Numbered from the stretch's first letter, positions 33,845-42,614 are shown. The stretch is 64,000 nt of DNA from Deltaproteobacteria bacterium (GCA_016717595.1 JADKFE010000026.1:4323-68322), one strand, 5' to 3'. The notes: a model not told the origin generated them from the letters alone. Translations and numbers: made by a program.

Positions 33845-35002
33845 TCAGCGGCTCCACTGGTCGGAGCGGCACACGAGCTTGTCGCCAGAGGGCTCACAGA
33901 TGACCACGCCGCGGGTGGTGACGAAGGGCGCGGCCTTCAGCGTGCGGCTGCCCTGCACGGCGCTCACCTGGCAAGCCCCGGCCTTGAGCTCACGGACGTA
34001 ACAGTAGGGCTCACACAGGGCGGGCTCGTCGGCGCCTTTACACTGCACCTGGCCCTCGCGGGCGTCACGAAAGACGAACTTCACCGCGTCGATGGTGTGG
34101 TCGAGCTCTGGGGGCTGCTCGGTGACGATGATCGTCTGCTGTTGGCCTTTTCCGATGGCCCCGGCGGGCATCGTCGGCTTGAGCAGCACACCCTTCGAGA
34201 GCTGGAGCACGGGCTCAAAACGCCCGGCGATGGCCGGGGTCTGCTTCTTGGTCGTCTCGTAGGGCACAGCGAGCAAGAGGTATCGCTGCAGCTCGCTGGC
34301 GCTCACGAAGTGGTCGTCGTTGTCGTCGGCGCCGCCGGTGATGGCGTCGCTGAAGTGTTTGGCGAAGGCGCCCTCTTGGCCGACCTCCCCCTGGGACGAC
34401 GACGAGATGACGAGGCTCTGCGGCCCGAGGTCGGGCCACTGGTTGGCCACGGGGCCTGTCAGGGCGAAGCCCCCCTGGATGGTGCCCGCGTGTACGGCGT
34501 CGGTGACGATCACCACGCTCGCGGGCTGAAGTGAGCTACGAATCGCCCCGCTGAGGGTCTCGATGCCAAAGGCGGTGCCCGCCGGATCCGCGGCCTGGCT
34601 GTCGTAGAGCAGCAGATAGGGATCGTCGAAGTCGCCGCCGATGCCGTGGCCTACAAAGTAGACCAGGAGCTGATCCTGAGCGCCGATGGAGCCCTTGAGG
34701 CCCTCGTTAAAGAGGCTCTGCACCGAGGCGACCGTGGCTTGGCTGTCGAGGAGCAGGCGCACCTCATCAAAGTGGGCCTCCTCCTTCAACGCCAAGGTGA
34801 GGCGTGTGGCCTCGGTGCTCGCGCTGGGCAGCGACGCGGAGGGGCCGAGGCCCGGGTAGGTGCTGACGCCGATGACCACCGCCACCCGTCGCGCCGGCGT
34901 CTGCTGGGCGAAGGCGTCGTGAACCGCATAGGACGCGATCGCCGTCACGGCGCAAGAGACCCCAAAGACGAGCGCGGCGCGTGTCATCGACGAGAGCTTC
35001 AC
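33845..35002 (-). CDS. Caspase-fold (peptidase C14-like) secreted protein lacking the catalytic Cys, with a Cys-rich C-terminal domain
   Basis: The segments RRVAVVIGVSTYP and LLVYFVGHGIGG (His present) fit the C14 fold. The Cys position reads VVIVTDAVHAGT, where DxCHSG is expected. GAGGAGG precedes GTG 35002. The C-terminal 70 aa contain 8 Cys. Confidence 0.8.
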   Translation of the reverse strand: MKLSSMTRAALVFGVSCAVTAIASYAVHDAFAQQTPARRVAVVIGVSTYPGLGPSASLPSASTEATRLTLALKEEAHFDEVRLLLDSQATVASVQSLFNEGLKGSIGAQDQLLVYFVGHGIGGDFDDPYLLLYDSQAADPAGTAFGIETLSGAIRSSLQPASVVIVTDAVHAGTIQGGFALTGPVANQWPDLGPQSLVISSSSQGEVGQEGAFAKHFSDAITGGADDNDDHFVSASELQRYLLLAVPYETTKKQTPAIAGRFEPVLQLSKGVLLKPTMPAGAIGKGQQQTIIVTEQPPELDHTIDAVKFVFRDAREGQVQCKGADEPALCEPYCYVRELKAGACQVSAVQGSRTLKAAPFVTTRGVVICEPSGDKLVCRSDQWSR

Positions 35003-35075
35003 CAGGGACCTCCTCGTGCTTGAGTGGCCAAGCTAGGCTCATTCTGCCACAGCGCGGCGCGGATCATCAGCAAAG

Positions 35076-35696
35076 TCACTGCGCGCCGGCCTCAGCCCCG
35101 GCCGCGTCGGGGGCCGCGGGGGCCCCAACGCCGGTCTCGAGCTCGATGATCAGCGCCTCGATCCGCGCGATCTCGCCGCTCACCGCCTCGGCGTGCCCGG
35201 CGTCCTTCACCTTCTGGATGAGCGCGCGCTCCTTCGCGATGAAGCTCGCGGAGTCGACGTTCAGGGTGTTGCGCTGCTGGCGCAGCTCGGCGACGATGGC
35301 CCGGGCCTCCTCCGCGAGCTCCGTCGCGCCCTGGTCGGTGAGCGCGTTGGCCAAGGCCTGCATCGCGGGCGCGGCCTTCCGGCCATGTTGACCGAAGGGT
35401 GAGTTCTGGGCCTTGGCGAGCTCTTCAGTGCCTGGGCGCGGGCCCTGGGTCCTGGCGGAAGGGTCGCGGCGACCGCCAGATTGTTTGGCCGTCGGCCCAC
35501 CATCGCCCCCTCCTTCGTCGCCTTCATCTGCGCCAAAACCGGGCCCCGACGAAGATCCGCCGCCAGCGCGGCTCGCGGTGGTCTCATCGTTGCCCTCCGA
35601 ACCCGAGGAGGAGCTGCCCATGGGGCTGGCGAAGAGGAAGATCGCGGCGCCGATGCCGACGATCGCGGCGCCAGCGTAGAGGACGACGGGCTTCAT
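35076..35696 (-). CDS. Membrane-anchored hypothetical protein (Gly/Ser-rich linker plus helical C-terminus)
   Basis: The N-terminal TM helix reads MKPVVLYAGAAIVGIGAAIFLFA. A low-complexity linker and a helical region (AEEARAIVAELRQQRNTL...) follow. Confidence 0.6.
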   Translation of the reverse strand: MKPVVLYAGAAIVGIGAAIFLFASPMGSSSSGSEGNDETTASRAGGGSSSGPGFGADEGDEGGGDGGPTAKQSGGRRDPSARTQGPRPGTEELAKAQNSPFGQHGRKAAPAMQALANALTDQGATELAEEARAIVAELRQQRNTLNVDSASFIAKERALIQKVKDAGHAEAVSGEIARIEALIIELETGVGAPAAPDAAGAEAGAQ

Positions 35697-35813
35697 GACC
35701 GAGACTCCAGGTTGAAGTGAGACCCTGACGGCCGAGGTCGCTGACCCGCGCTGACGGGGAGCTCGCGAGACGCCCCGAGCCCGCGGCGAGCGACAGTCTA
35801 CTCCCGTCGGGGA

Positions 35814-37070
35814 TCAGGCGAGGTTCTTGTAGAGGGTGACGACCGAGGTCTTGTCGTCGCCGCCCATGTTGGCGCTGAGGCCGATGCGCGGGACAGACGC
35901 CATCTGGTACGCCCCACATTGGCCACGCATCTGGCGGAAGATCTCGACCGCCTGCTTCACGCCCGTGGCGCCGACGGGGTGGCCGAAGCCGACCAGACCG
36001 CCGCCGGTGTTCACCGGCAGGCGACCGTCGATGTCTACGACGCCGTCGCGGTAGAGCGCCGCCGCGCCGCCGCGCTCGGCGAAGCCCAAGGCCTCGACCA
36101 TGAGCAGCTCGGCGACGGTGAAGCAGTCGTGAACCTCGGCGACCTGCACGTCCTCGGGGCGCACACCCGCCGCCGCGTAGGCCTTGCAGGCGGCGTCCGC
36201 GGTGTTGTTGAACACCGTGAGGTCGCCGTCGACGTAGAGCGAGTCGGTGCTGTGGCCAAAGCCGAGGATCTCGACGCAGTCCTCAAGGCGCACGCCGAGC
36301 TTCTTGAGGCCGTCCTCAGAGGCGAGGATCATCGCTGAGGCGCCATCCGAGACCTGAGAGCAGTCGCTCACCTTGAGGTACGGCGCGAGCTCGGCGTTGC
36401 CCAAAAAGTTTGGGTTGAAGTCGCTCGCGGCGCTGGCCTCGGCGTGGCTCATCTGCCGGGCGACCATGTGGGCCTTGGGGTTCTTGTTGGCGTTCTTGTA
36501 CGCCTTCACCGCGGCGAGCCCGATGTCGGCCTCGCTCACGCCATACGCCTCGCGGTACGCGCGCATCCGGCGGGCGAAGAGCGCCGGGAAGGTGAAGTCG
36601 TCCAAGGGGCGCTGGCGCTCGTAGTCGGCGGCGCGGGCGAGGTAGTCGCCGCCGACGCGGGCGGACTGGGTGGTCTGCACCTCAACGCCGGTGACGAGCA
36701 CAACATCGGAGCCCGCGCGCAGGGCGTCGACGCCGCAGATCATGGCGAGGCCACCGGAGGCGCAGGCGCCCTCCACACGCATCGTGGGCTTGTGCGCCAG
36801 GGCCGGGTGGACACCCGCCAGGGCCGCGCCGAGATGACCCTGGTTCACGAACAGCTCGGCGACGAAGTTGCCGATGTAGCCGCGATCAACCAGGGAGAGA
36901 TCGGCGTTGATCGCGCCAGCGGCGGCCGTCACGGCCTCGGTGAGCAGCTCGCGGAGCGTGGGGTTCTCACGTTTGCCGAAGTCTGGATGTTTTTTCCAGA
37001 TGAAGTCGGGGTGCCCCTTGCCGATGAAGGTGGTGTTGGCACCAGACGCGATGAAGACCCTACGACTCAT
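35814..37070 (-). CDS. Thiolase-family acetyl-CoA acyltransferase (SCP-x/lipid-transfer type)
   Basis: The start is ATG 37070, preceded by GGAGGG. The active-site Cys context is RVEGACASGGLAM and the C-terminal glycine-rich motif is NTGGGLVGFGHPVGATG. Confidence 0.9.
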   Translation of the reverse strand: MSRRVFIASGANTTFIGKGHPDFIWKKHPDFGKRENPTLRELLTEAVTAAAGAINADLSLVDRGYIGNFVAELFVNQGHLGAALAGVHPALAHKPTMRVEGACASGGLAMICGVDALRAGSDVVLVTGVEVQTTQSARVGGDYLARAADYERQRPLDDFTFPALFARRMRAYREAYGVSEADIGLAAVKAYKNANKNPKAHMVARQMSHAEASAASDFNPNFLGNAELAPYLKVSDCSQVSDGASAMILASEDGLKKLGVRLEDCVEILGFGHSTDSLYVDGDLTVFNNTADAACKAYAAAGVRPEDVQVAEVHDCFTVAELLMVEALGFAERGGAAALYRDGVVDIDGRLPVNTGGGLVGFGHPVGATGVKQAVEIFRQMRGQCGAYQMASVPRIGLSANMGGDDKTSVVTLYKNLA

Positions 37071-37188
37071 GTACCCTCCAGAGCGGCGCCGCCAGACACA
37101 GCGAGGCCAAAGACCGCCCTGAGGTAACCCGACGGGGGCTTTGACGCCGAGGCTCGGAGCCAGAGGATCCTGTTCATGGCCGGAGGGA

Positions 37189-37464
37189 TCAGCCGACCTG
37201 CTGCGCGCCACCCTCGGGAATCGCCCGGCGCTCCCGGAGGATCCGCTCGACCTCGGGGTGCACTTGGTAGAGGGTGATCACCGTGCCGAAGGTGTTCTTC
37301 CACTGCCGAACACGCTCGCGGCTCACGCCGAACTCATCGGCGATGATCTGCCCGCTCTCGTTGGCGGCGAGGGCCTCCAGAAGACGGCGGAAGCGGCTGC
37401 GGCCGTAAGAGCGGATGAAGTTTCGAGCCACCCGTTCGCGGCTCTTTGTCGAGGATGTGGCCAT
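37189..37464 (-). CDS. Small helix-turn-helix DNA-binding protein (91 aa)
   Basis: The HTH-like segment is SGQIIADEFGVSRERVRQWKN. The N-terminus is basic. A long non-coding leader with a promoter-like element lies upstream. Confidence 0.65.
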   Translation of the reverse strand: MATSSTKSRERVARNFIRSYGRSRFRRLLEALAANESGQIIADEFGVSRERVRQWKNTFGTVITLYQVHPEVERILRERRAIPEGGAQQVG

Positions 37465-37575
37465 GAGGCGCCTCCCTGGTCCGAGGACGCTGCCGAGCGT
37501 CCTCCTCTTGCGTGAGCGTTTGGAGCCGAGCGACTGCGCGGCCCTCCAATCCCTTGGATCGTGACATCCATCGGC

Positions 37576-37603
37576 AGCATAGCATTCGTTATTGACGTGT
37601 CAA
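37576..37603 (-). promoter_or_regulatory. Near-consensus sigma70-type promoter directed toward the HTH gene
   Basis: On the minus strand, TTGACA (37603-37598), a 16-nt spacer, then TATGCT (37581-37576). The -35 element lies inside the palindrome ATTGAC-GT-GTCAAT (37591-37604). Confidence 0.4.
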
Positions 37604-37840
37604 TCGGATCGGACAGCGCCAGGACCGTCGCGGGATCCTGAGTTGGGGCGTCAGATCGGCAAAGATCGGCCCTGGCGGCCCCGCGGAGCGGGAGATCTGG
37701 ACGCGGGAGGCGCGCGGGGATCTGCGGCGGCCCCCGGAGGCCGGACAACGGTTGACCGGCGATCTCTGCCGCCGATCGATCCCTCGGGCGGGGGCGCGGC
37801 GCTCGTCGCCCCGCCCACACACCCCCACACAACGCGCCGT

Positions 37841-38893
37841 TTAGGCGCCCTGCCCCGCCGCCCGCGGGACGGGCAAGGGGGAGATCGTCGCCGAGACCAG
37901 GCGCTCGTCGATCTTGATCTCGACCGCGTCGCCGGGCTCACCCGCCTCCTTGCGGAGCACGCCGATCGAGACCACCCGCCCGTCTACCCGGGCCACGGAG
38001 GTGATCACGCCGACGACCTTCTCTCCGCGCAAGACCTCGGCGCCGGGCGCCGCCTCGTCGCTCACCAGGGCCGTGAGCCGCTTGTTCACCTTGCCCATGG
38101 TGTCCATGCGGTTGATGATCTCTTGCCCGATGTAGCAGCCCTTGTTGAAGTTGCAGACCCGCTCGCGGATGCCGAGCTCATGGATGAAGGCGCGCTCGGG
38201 CATGTCCTGAGGCCAACGCGGCAGGCCGCGCAGGACCCGTAAGGCGTCGAGGGCGTCGGTCCCGGCGGGGGTGGCCCCGGCGGCGGTGAGCGCGGCCCAG
38301 GCTTCAGCGAAGTGCTCTGCCGCGATCACGAGATCAAAGCCGCCGAGGCCCGTTCGATCGGCGCGGGCGACCAAGCCGCCGCCCCAGGCGGTGTGGACAC
38401 GCTCAGGCACGGGGATCCCCGCGGCGCGAAGGATCTCCTCCGCGCGCGGCCCCTGCACGGTGAGCACCCCGAGGGAGTCGCTGCGATCCCGAAGCTCGAT
38501 GGGGTCCATGATGATGTAGCGGTCGAGGGTTTCGCTGACCTCGGTGACGTCGGAGCCGTCCATCACCGCGAGCAGCAGATCCCGCCGGATGAGGTAGGCA
38601 TCAAGCATCCCGAAGATCCGGCCCTGTTTGTCGGTGAGCGCGTTGTGGTTGCCGCCGCCCTCGGACAGATCGCGGATGTTGTTGGTGAACATGGAGTTGC
38701 AGAAGCGTGGGGTGTCCGCGCCCTCCAGCTCCAAGACGCCCAGGGGCGAGAGATCGACGATCACCGCGCCGGATCGAGCGGCGTCGACCTCGGTCTGGAG
38801 CGCGCCGAAGCCTCTGGGAATCACCCCGCCGCCCCAGTCTCCCAAGGTGGCGCCCAAGGCCTCAAAGGTGGCGTGAAGCGGGCTGGTCTTCAT
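37841..38893 (-). CDS. YgfZ/GcvT-family folate-binding protein
   Basis: The signature NFNKGCYIGQEIINR is present, along with an aminomethyltransferase-like N-terminus (AVIVDLSPLGVLELEGAD). The start overlaps the bcp stop (ATGA). Confidence 0.85.
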   Translation of the reverse strand: MKTSPLHATFEALGATLGDWGGGVIPRGFGALQTEVDAARSGAVIVDLSPLGVLELEGADTPRFCNSMFTNNIRDLSEGGGNHNALTDKQGRIFGMLDAYLIRRDLLLAVMDGSDVTEVSETLDRYIIMDPIELRDRSDSLGVLTVQGPRAEEILRAAGIPVPERVHTAWGGGLVARADRTGLGGFDLVIAAEHFAEAWAALTAAGATPAGTDALDALRVLRGLPRWPQDMPERAFIHELGIRERVCNFNKGCYIGQEIINRMDTMGKVNKRLTALVSDEAAPGAEVLRGEKVVGVITSVARVDGRVVSIGVLRKEAGEPGDAVEIKIDERLVSATISPLPVPRAAGQGA

Positions 38894-39408
38894 GCGGAGG
38901 CTCCTTCATTGAGCGCGTCGAGCACCTCTTGGGCGTGGCCTTTGGTGCGCGCGGGGTCGAAGATGTGGGTGATCTGGCCCTCGGCGTTGACCACGAAGGT
39001 GACGCGGCGCGCCATCTTCACCGGGCCGATGCCGCCGAGCACGCCGAACCGTTCGGCGACGACCCCTTGGGTGTCGGCCAACAGCGGGAACGGCAGCTCG
39101 TGGTGCTGGATGAACTTCTTGTGGGCGTCTACGCCGTCGAGCGAGCAGCCGAAGACCTTCACGCCCCGGGCGGTGATGCGCTCCCACGAGTCGCGGAGAT
39201 CACAGGCCTGGGCGGTGCAGCCTGGGGTCTCGTCTTTGGGGTAGAAGTAGAGCACCCACGGCTGGCCGCGGAGATCTGCGACGGAGACGATGCCGCCGTC
39301 GGTGGACATGACGCCAAGCTCAGGGGCGAGGTTGCCGGTCTGTAGGTGCGTCGGGCCGCCCATGAGCACCCGTTGAAGGGAGCTTGAGGCGCGAGAGAAG
39401 ATCGACAT
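38890..39408 (-). CDS. bcp: Thioredoxin-dependent thiol peroxidase (peroxiredoxin Bcp)
   Basis: The protein contains WVLYFYPKDETPGCTAQACDLRD, with the peroxidatic and resolving Cys five residues apart, and HKKFIQHHELPFPLLAD. Confidence 0.9.
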   Translation of the reverse strand: MSIFSRASSSLQRVLMGGPTHLQTGNLAPELGVMSTDGGIVSVADLRGQPWVLYFYPKDETPGCTAQACDLRDSWERITARGVKVFGCSLDGVDAHKKFIQHHELPFPLLADTQGVVAERFGVLGGIGPVKMARRVTFVVNAEGQITHIFDPARTKGHAQEVLDALNEGASA

Positions 39409-39502
39409 GGGCGCGAGCCCTCCGTGGCGACCACGTCTCGCGGCGCCGCGCCGTCTTCCTGCGCACCCCGAGCGGCCGCGGCAAGCCCTCGCCGAGCACC
39501 CC

Positions 39503-40381
39503 TCAGCGCAAGACCGTGAGGAACGGCGGCGCAGGGTTGGAGCAGGCCATACAACGCAGCGCCAAGAGCCAGGTGCCCTCGTCGGTCAGCCCCCCAAAAG
39601 GCTCACCGGCGCCGTTGGTCAAGAGGGAGAGGTCCTGGTCGATGGTCGCGGTGAGCGGGGTGGTGTAGAGGTCATCCACGAGCTCCTCAAGGCCCAAGAA
39701 GTCGGCCTCCAAGGCCGTGAGATCCTCCGCGTACCAGCCGAGATCAAGGCGATCGATGTCGGACAGGCGGATGGGCAGACCGCGCATGTCAACGGTGAGA
39801 TCCGACCACTCGACGACCTCGCCGTCTAAGGTCACCTCCACAAGGTCCTCGAGCTCTACGTCATACGCGAGGCTCGCCGAGTCGCTGCTCAGCGCGATCG
39901 GCACCTCGGGGCCCCCATCGACGGGGTCGAAAAACATCAACATGCGCGCGCCGGGCACGCCGGTGGTCGAGGCGCTCAGAAGCCAGGTGCCTCGCCCCGC
40001 GGTGACGTCCAGCTCTGGGATCACGCGGTTGCCCAAGAAGTCGAACTCGGAGAGCGTGGCGGTGGTGACGCCATCTTCAGGGCTCAAGGTGGCGTAGGCC
40101 GTGATGTCCGACTGCCGGAGGTCGTCGTCCGCCAAGGCGGCGAGGGTCTCCTCTTGGCTCAGCGCGAGGATCGCGATGGTGAAGATGTCGATCTCCGTGG
40201 AGGGGTCCATCGCGCGGCCCTGGAGGTCTTGGGTGAGCGCGCTCCAGTCCACGACGAGATCGGCGCGGGAGGCGACGGTGAGGCTCTGGGCGGAGATGGT
40301 GCTCGTGAAGTCGTAGTTGTTCTCATCCTGCAGGGACGTGTCGTTTGAGCAGGCCAAGGCCGTCCAGAGGAGGATCATCAT
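39503..40381 (-). CDS. Acidic lipoprotein of unknown function
   Basis: The N-terminus MMILLWTALACSND contains a lipobox. The mature protein is Asp/Glu/Thr-rich. Confidence 0.7.
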   Translation of the reverse strand: MMILLWTALACSNDTSLQDENNYDFTSTISAQSLTVASRADLVVDWSALTQDLQGRAMDPSTEIDIFTIAILALSQEETLAALADDDLRQSDITAYATLSPEDGVTTATLSEFDFLGNRVIPELDVTAGRGTWLLSASTTGVPGARMLMFFDPVDGGPEVPIALSSDSASLAYDVELEDLVEVTLDGEVVEWSDLTVDMRGLPIRLSDIDRLDLGWYAEDLTALEADFLGLEELVDDLYTTPLTATIDQDLSLLTNGAGEPFGGLTDEGTWLLALRCMACSNPAPPFLTVLR

Positions 40382-40645
40382 GGGCGCGGCTCCGAAGGTT
40401 CAGGTCAGGCCACGGCGGTGACCTCGAGGGATGCTGCGAAGAAGAATGCGCAGTCTTCTCGCGGCCCGCGCTCACCCAACCCAAACTTTACGAGGTCATC
40501 ACCGCGAGGGCGCTCCTCGGCGCGTGAGGGGGAGGCCCGCGCGGCGACGCGCTCAACGCCCGACGATCGACCTGACCGCCGCGACGCGCAAGAGCGACGA
40601 CGCCCTCAGGCGGCCAAACCCTTGGCCAAGCACGGCAGAACGAAC

Positions 40646-40683
40646 AAAAGCCACCTCACCATGAGCGGTGGGGTGGCTTTTTG
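40646..40683 (-). terminator. Intrinsic terminator after rpsR (the hairpin has U-tracts on both strands)
   Basis: In aaaaGCCACCtCACCatgagcGGTGgGGTGGCttttt, the minus-strand reading ends in CTTTTGTT and the plus-strand reading ends in CTTTTTG. Confidence 0.55.
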
Positions 40684-40764
40684 CCCGTAGAGCTTGGCCG
40701 ACACCTTGAACGTCTGCCACGATCGTCGCGGCAGGGCCGAGGTGAATGACCTCCGGTGAGGAGA

Positions 40765-40983
40765 TCAGTCGGTGCGGCTGTAGGGGAGCAGCGCGAGGTG
40801 ACGAGCCCGCTTGATGGCGAGCGTGAGCTGACGCTGCTGCTTGGCGGAGAGCCCTGTGAGCCGCCGGGGGAGGATCTTCCCGCCTTCGGTCAAGAACTTC
40901 TTGAGGGTGTCGGAATCTTTGTAGTCGATCGAGTCGAGCTTGCCGATACGGGACGTACGGCGGGGGCGAGCCATGATGTTCAT
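40765..40983 (-). CDS. rpsR: 30S ribosomal protein S18
   Basis: The sequence [50 protein letters not shown] is a clear S18 signature. GGAGG precedes the ATG. Confidence 0.95.
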   Translation of the reverse strand: MNIMARPRRTSRIGKLDSIDYKDSDTLKKFLTEGGKILPRRLTGLSAKQQRQLTLAIKRARHLALLPYSRTD

Positions 40984-40998
40984 ACCTCCACAACCCAG

Positions 40999-41016
40999 CC
41001 TCCTTAGCTTAGGAGG
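40999..41016 (-). promoter_or_regulatory. 5'-leader hairpin of rpsR pairing CCUCCU with AGGAGG
   Basis: The minus strand reads CCTCCT-AAGCTA-AGGAGG. It lies 15 nt upstream of the rpsR start codon (ATG 40983-40981) and about 8 nt upstream of its own GGAGG. Confidence 0.35.
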
Positions 41017-41082
41017 TTGAGTCGGGCAAGGGTGGGGAGCGAGATAGATTGTGAGGTAGACGTGTGCGCGGAGGCGCGCGGG

Positions 41083-41502
41083 TTAGCCCGCCTCCAGCGT
41101 GTCGCGCAGGCTGTTTAGCGCGCGGCGCCATGTGTCGTCGAGGGCTTGACGAGACTCTTCGTTCTCAAGGAGCTCACCTTGGCTCTGAACGAGGCTCAGG
41201 CGGGTCTCCGCGCCGTCAACAGCGAGGTTGAAGACGATCCGAGAGCCGCGCGTCGGCGCGGGGCTGCGGGCGTCCCAGGCGATCTCGATGCGTGAGGTGG
41301 GCCGGAAGATGTGCAAGATGCCGACCTCCTCCACGGGCTCACCGTCGTCGCCTTCTGTCGTGAGGGTGACCCGACCGCCGCTGCGGGCGTCAAATCGGGC
41401 CGCGTCGGCGTACCAGGACGTCCAACCCTCGGCCGTCGTGATCATCCGCCAGACCGCGCGGATCGGCGCGGCGATGTTGATTTGCCGCCGGATGGACGAC
41501 AT
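41083..41502 (-). CDS. SRPBCC/AHSA1 (START-like) domain protein
   Basis: The sequence MSSIRRQINIAAPIRAVWRMITTAEGWTSWYA is typical of the Aha1/BPI-like SRPBCC family. GAGGAG precedes ATG 41502. The remainder of the 493-aa track ORF is Arg/Pro/Ala junk. Confidence 0.85.
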   Translation of the reverse strand: MSSIRRQINIAAPIRAVWRMITTAEGWTSWYADAARFDARSGGRVTLTTEGDDGEPVEEVGILHIFRPTSRIEIAWDARSPAPTRGSRIVFNLAVDGAETRLSLVQSQGELLENEESRQALDDTWRRALNSLRDTLEAG

Positions 41503-41583
41503 AAAGGGCTCCTCAGGATGCGTGAAGGACCACGCGCGGCACATCACTACCCCATCGTGGATGTCGCGGCTATCCTGGGAGCC

Positions 41584-42600
41584 ATGCTGAACGCCCAGAA
41601 TCCCCCTGCCCTGCTGTTGTTGCTGTCCTTCGTGCTGGGCGTCGGCTGCCGTGACCGCGACGGGGCGAAGGAGGACACGACGGTGGACTCCGCGCCAAAA
41701 CCGACGCCGTTCGGGCGTTGGGAGGGCGTGACCGCGGCAGGTGGGCTGGGCACGAGCCTCGCGGCGGGCGGCGGGACACGCTACGCGGCGGCGCCTTGGG
41801 CGGAAGGCGGCGCGGTGTGGCTCCTCGGCGCGGAGGATCAACTTGAGCGTGTGGGCGGGGCGGTGAGCGGCGCCTTCGGGCGGGGCCTGGCGGTGCATGA
41901 CGGGGTGTTGGCCGTCGGCGCGCCCCTCGCGGAGTCGGGGAGCGGGCTCTTGTGGCGCGACGGCGCCCTGACGCCGGGGGCCGCGGGCGAGCTTCTGGGC
42001 GCCATGGTGCGCTCGACCGCCCTGGGGCTTGTGGTGAGCGCACAAGGCGGCGCGCGGCGCGATGAGGAGCGCTTCGCCCTCGGCGTGCGGGTGACCGACG
42101 CGGCGGCGCTCCAAGATCGGCTGATCCTCGGCGCGCCGAGCGCTGAGCACGCGGTCTATGACGCCCAGGACGGGGTGGGCATCGCCCGACTGAGCCTGCA
42201 GGACGAGGCGGGCGCGGCGATCTGCGCGGCGGATCTTGATCTGGACGGCGCGGACGAGCTCGCCGTCGGCGCGCCGGGGCTTGGCGTCGTCGTCGTGCTG
42301 GAGGCTGGCGCGGGCTCGCTCGCTGAGGGGCGGCTGATTCAAGGGAGCGGCGGTCGGTTTGGCCAGTCCATCGGCTGCGGCGCCGGGCTGTTGGTGATCG
42401 GCGCCCCTTTGGAGGGGGACGGGCAGCGGGGCGCGGTCTACGCCGTCGAGGCGGGCTCCGACACGCTCGTCTCGTTGGGGAGTGGAGAGACCGACGGCGC
42501 TGAGCTCGGCGCGGCGGTGCTCGTCGAGGCCGACGGCGCGGTGTTGGCCGGGGCGCCAGGGCACGCAGGGGGCGCGGGGCTCGTGGTGCAGCTCCGCTGA
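41584..42600 (+). CDS. FG-GAP-repeat-like lipoprotein
   Basis: The start is ATG 41584. The protein has a lipobox (LLLLLSFVLGVGC) and repeats such as ADLDLDGADELAVGAP and LLVIGAPLEGDGQRGAVY. Confidence 0.75.
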   Translation: MLNAQNPPALLLLLSFVLGVGCRDRDGAKEDTTVDSAPKPTPFGRWEGVTAAGGLGTSLAAGGGTRYAAAPWAEGGAVWLLGAEDQLERVGGAVSGAFGRGLAVHDGVLAVGAPLAESGSGLLWRDGALTPGAAGELLGAMVRSTALGLVVSAQGGARRDEERFALGVRVTDAAALQDRLILGAPSAEHAVYDAQDGVGIARLSLQDEAGAAICAADLDLDGADELAVGAPGLGVVVVLEAGAGSLAEGRLIQGSGGRFGQSIGCGAGLLVIGAPLEGDGQRGAVYAVEAGSDTLVSLGSGETDGAELGAAVLVEADGAVLAGAPGHAGGAGLVVQLR

Positions 42601-42614
42601 GGCGTAAGGCGGGC

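Noticed and set aside
37067-37303. 78-aa minus-strand ORF between the HTH gene and the thiolase
   Set aside because: It overlaps both neighbours out of frame, has no Shine-Dalgarno, and has low-complexity composition.
40395-40440. CAGGTCAGG string reminiscent of the SRP (4.5S) RNA conserved loop
   Set aside because: The essential GGAAGGAAGCAGC-type domain IV sequence and the complementary helix are absent, so this is only a short chance match.
41503-42564. N-terminal 354 codons of the 493-aa minus-strand ORF at 41083-42564
   Set aside because: The region is Arg/Pro/Ala-rich junk that overlaps the plus-strand FG-GAP lipoprotein. Only the last 139 codons (SRPBCC domain, with its own GAGGAG and ATG at 41502) look real.
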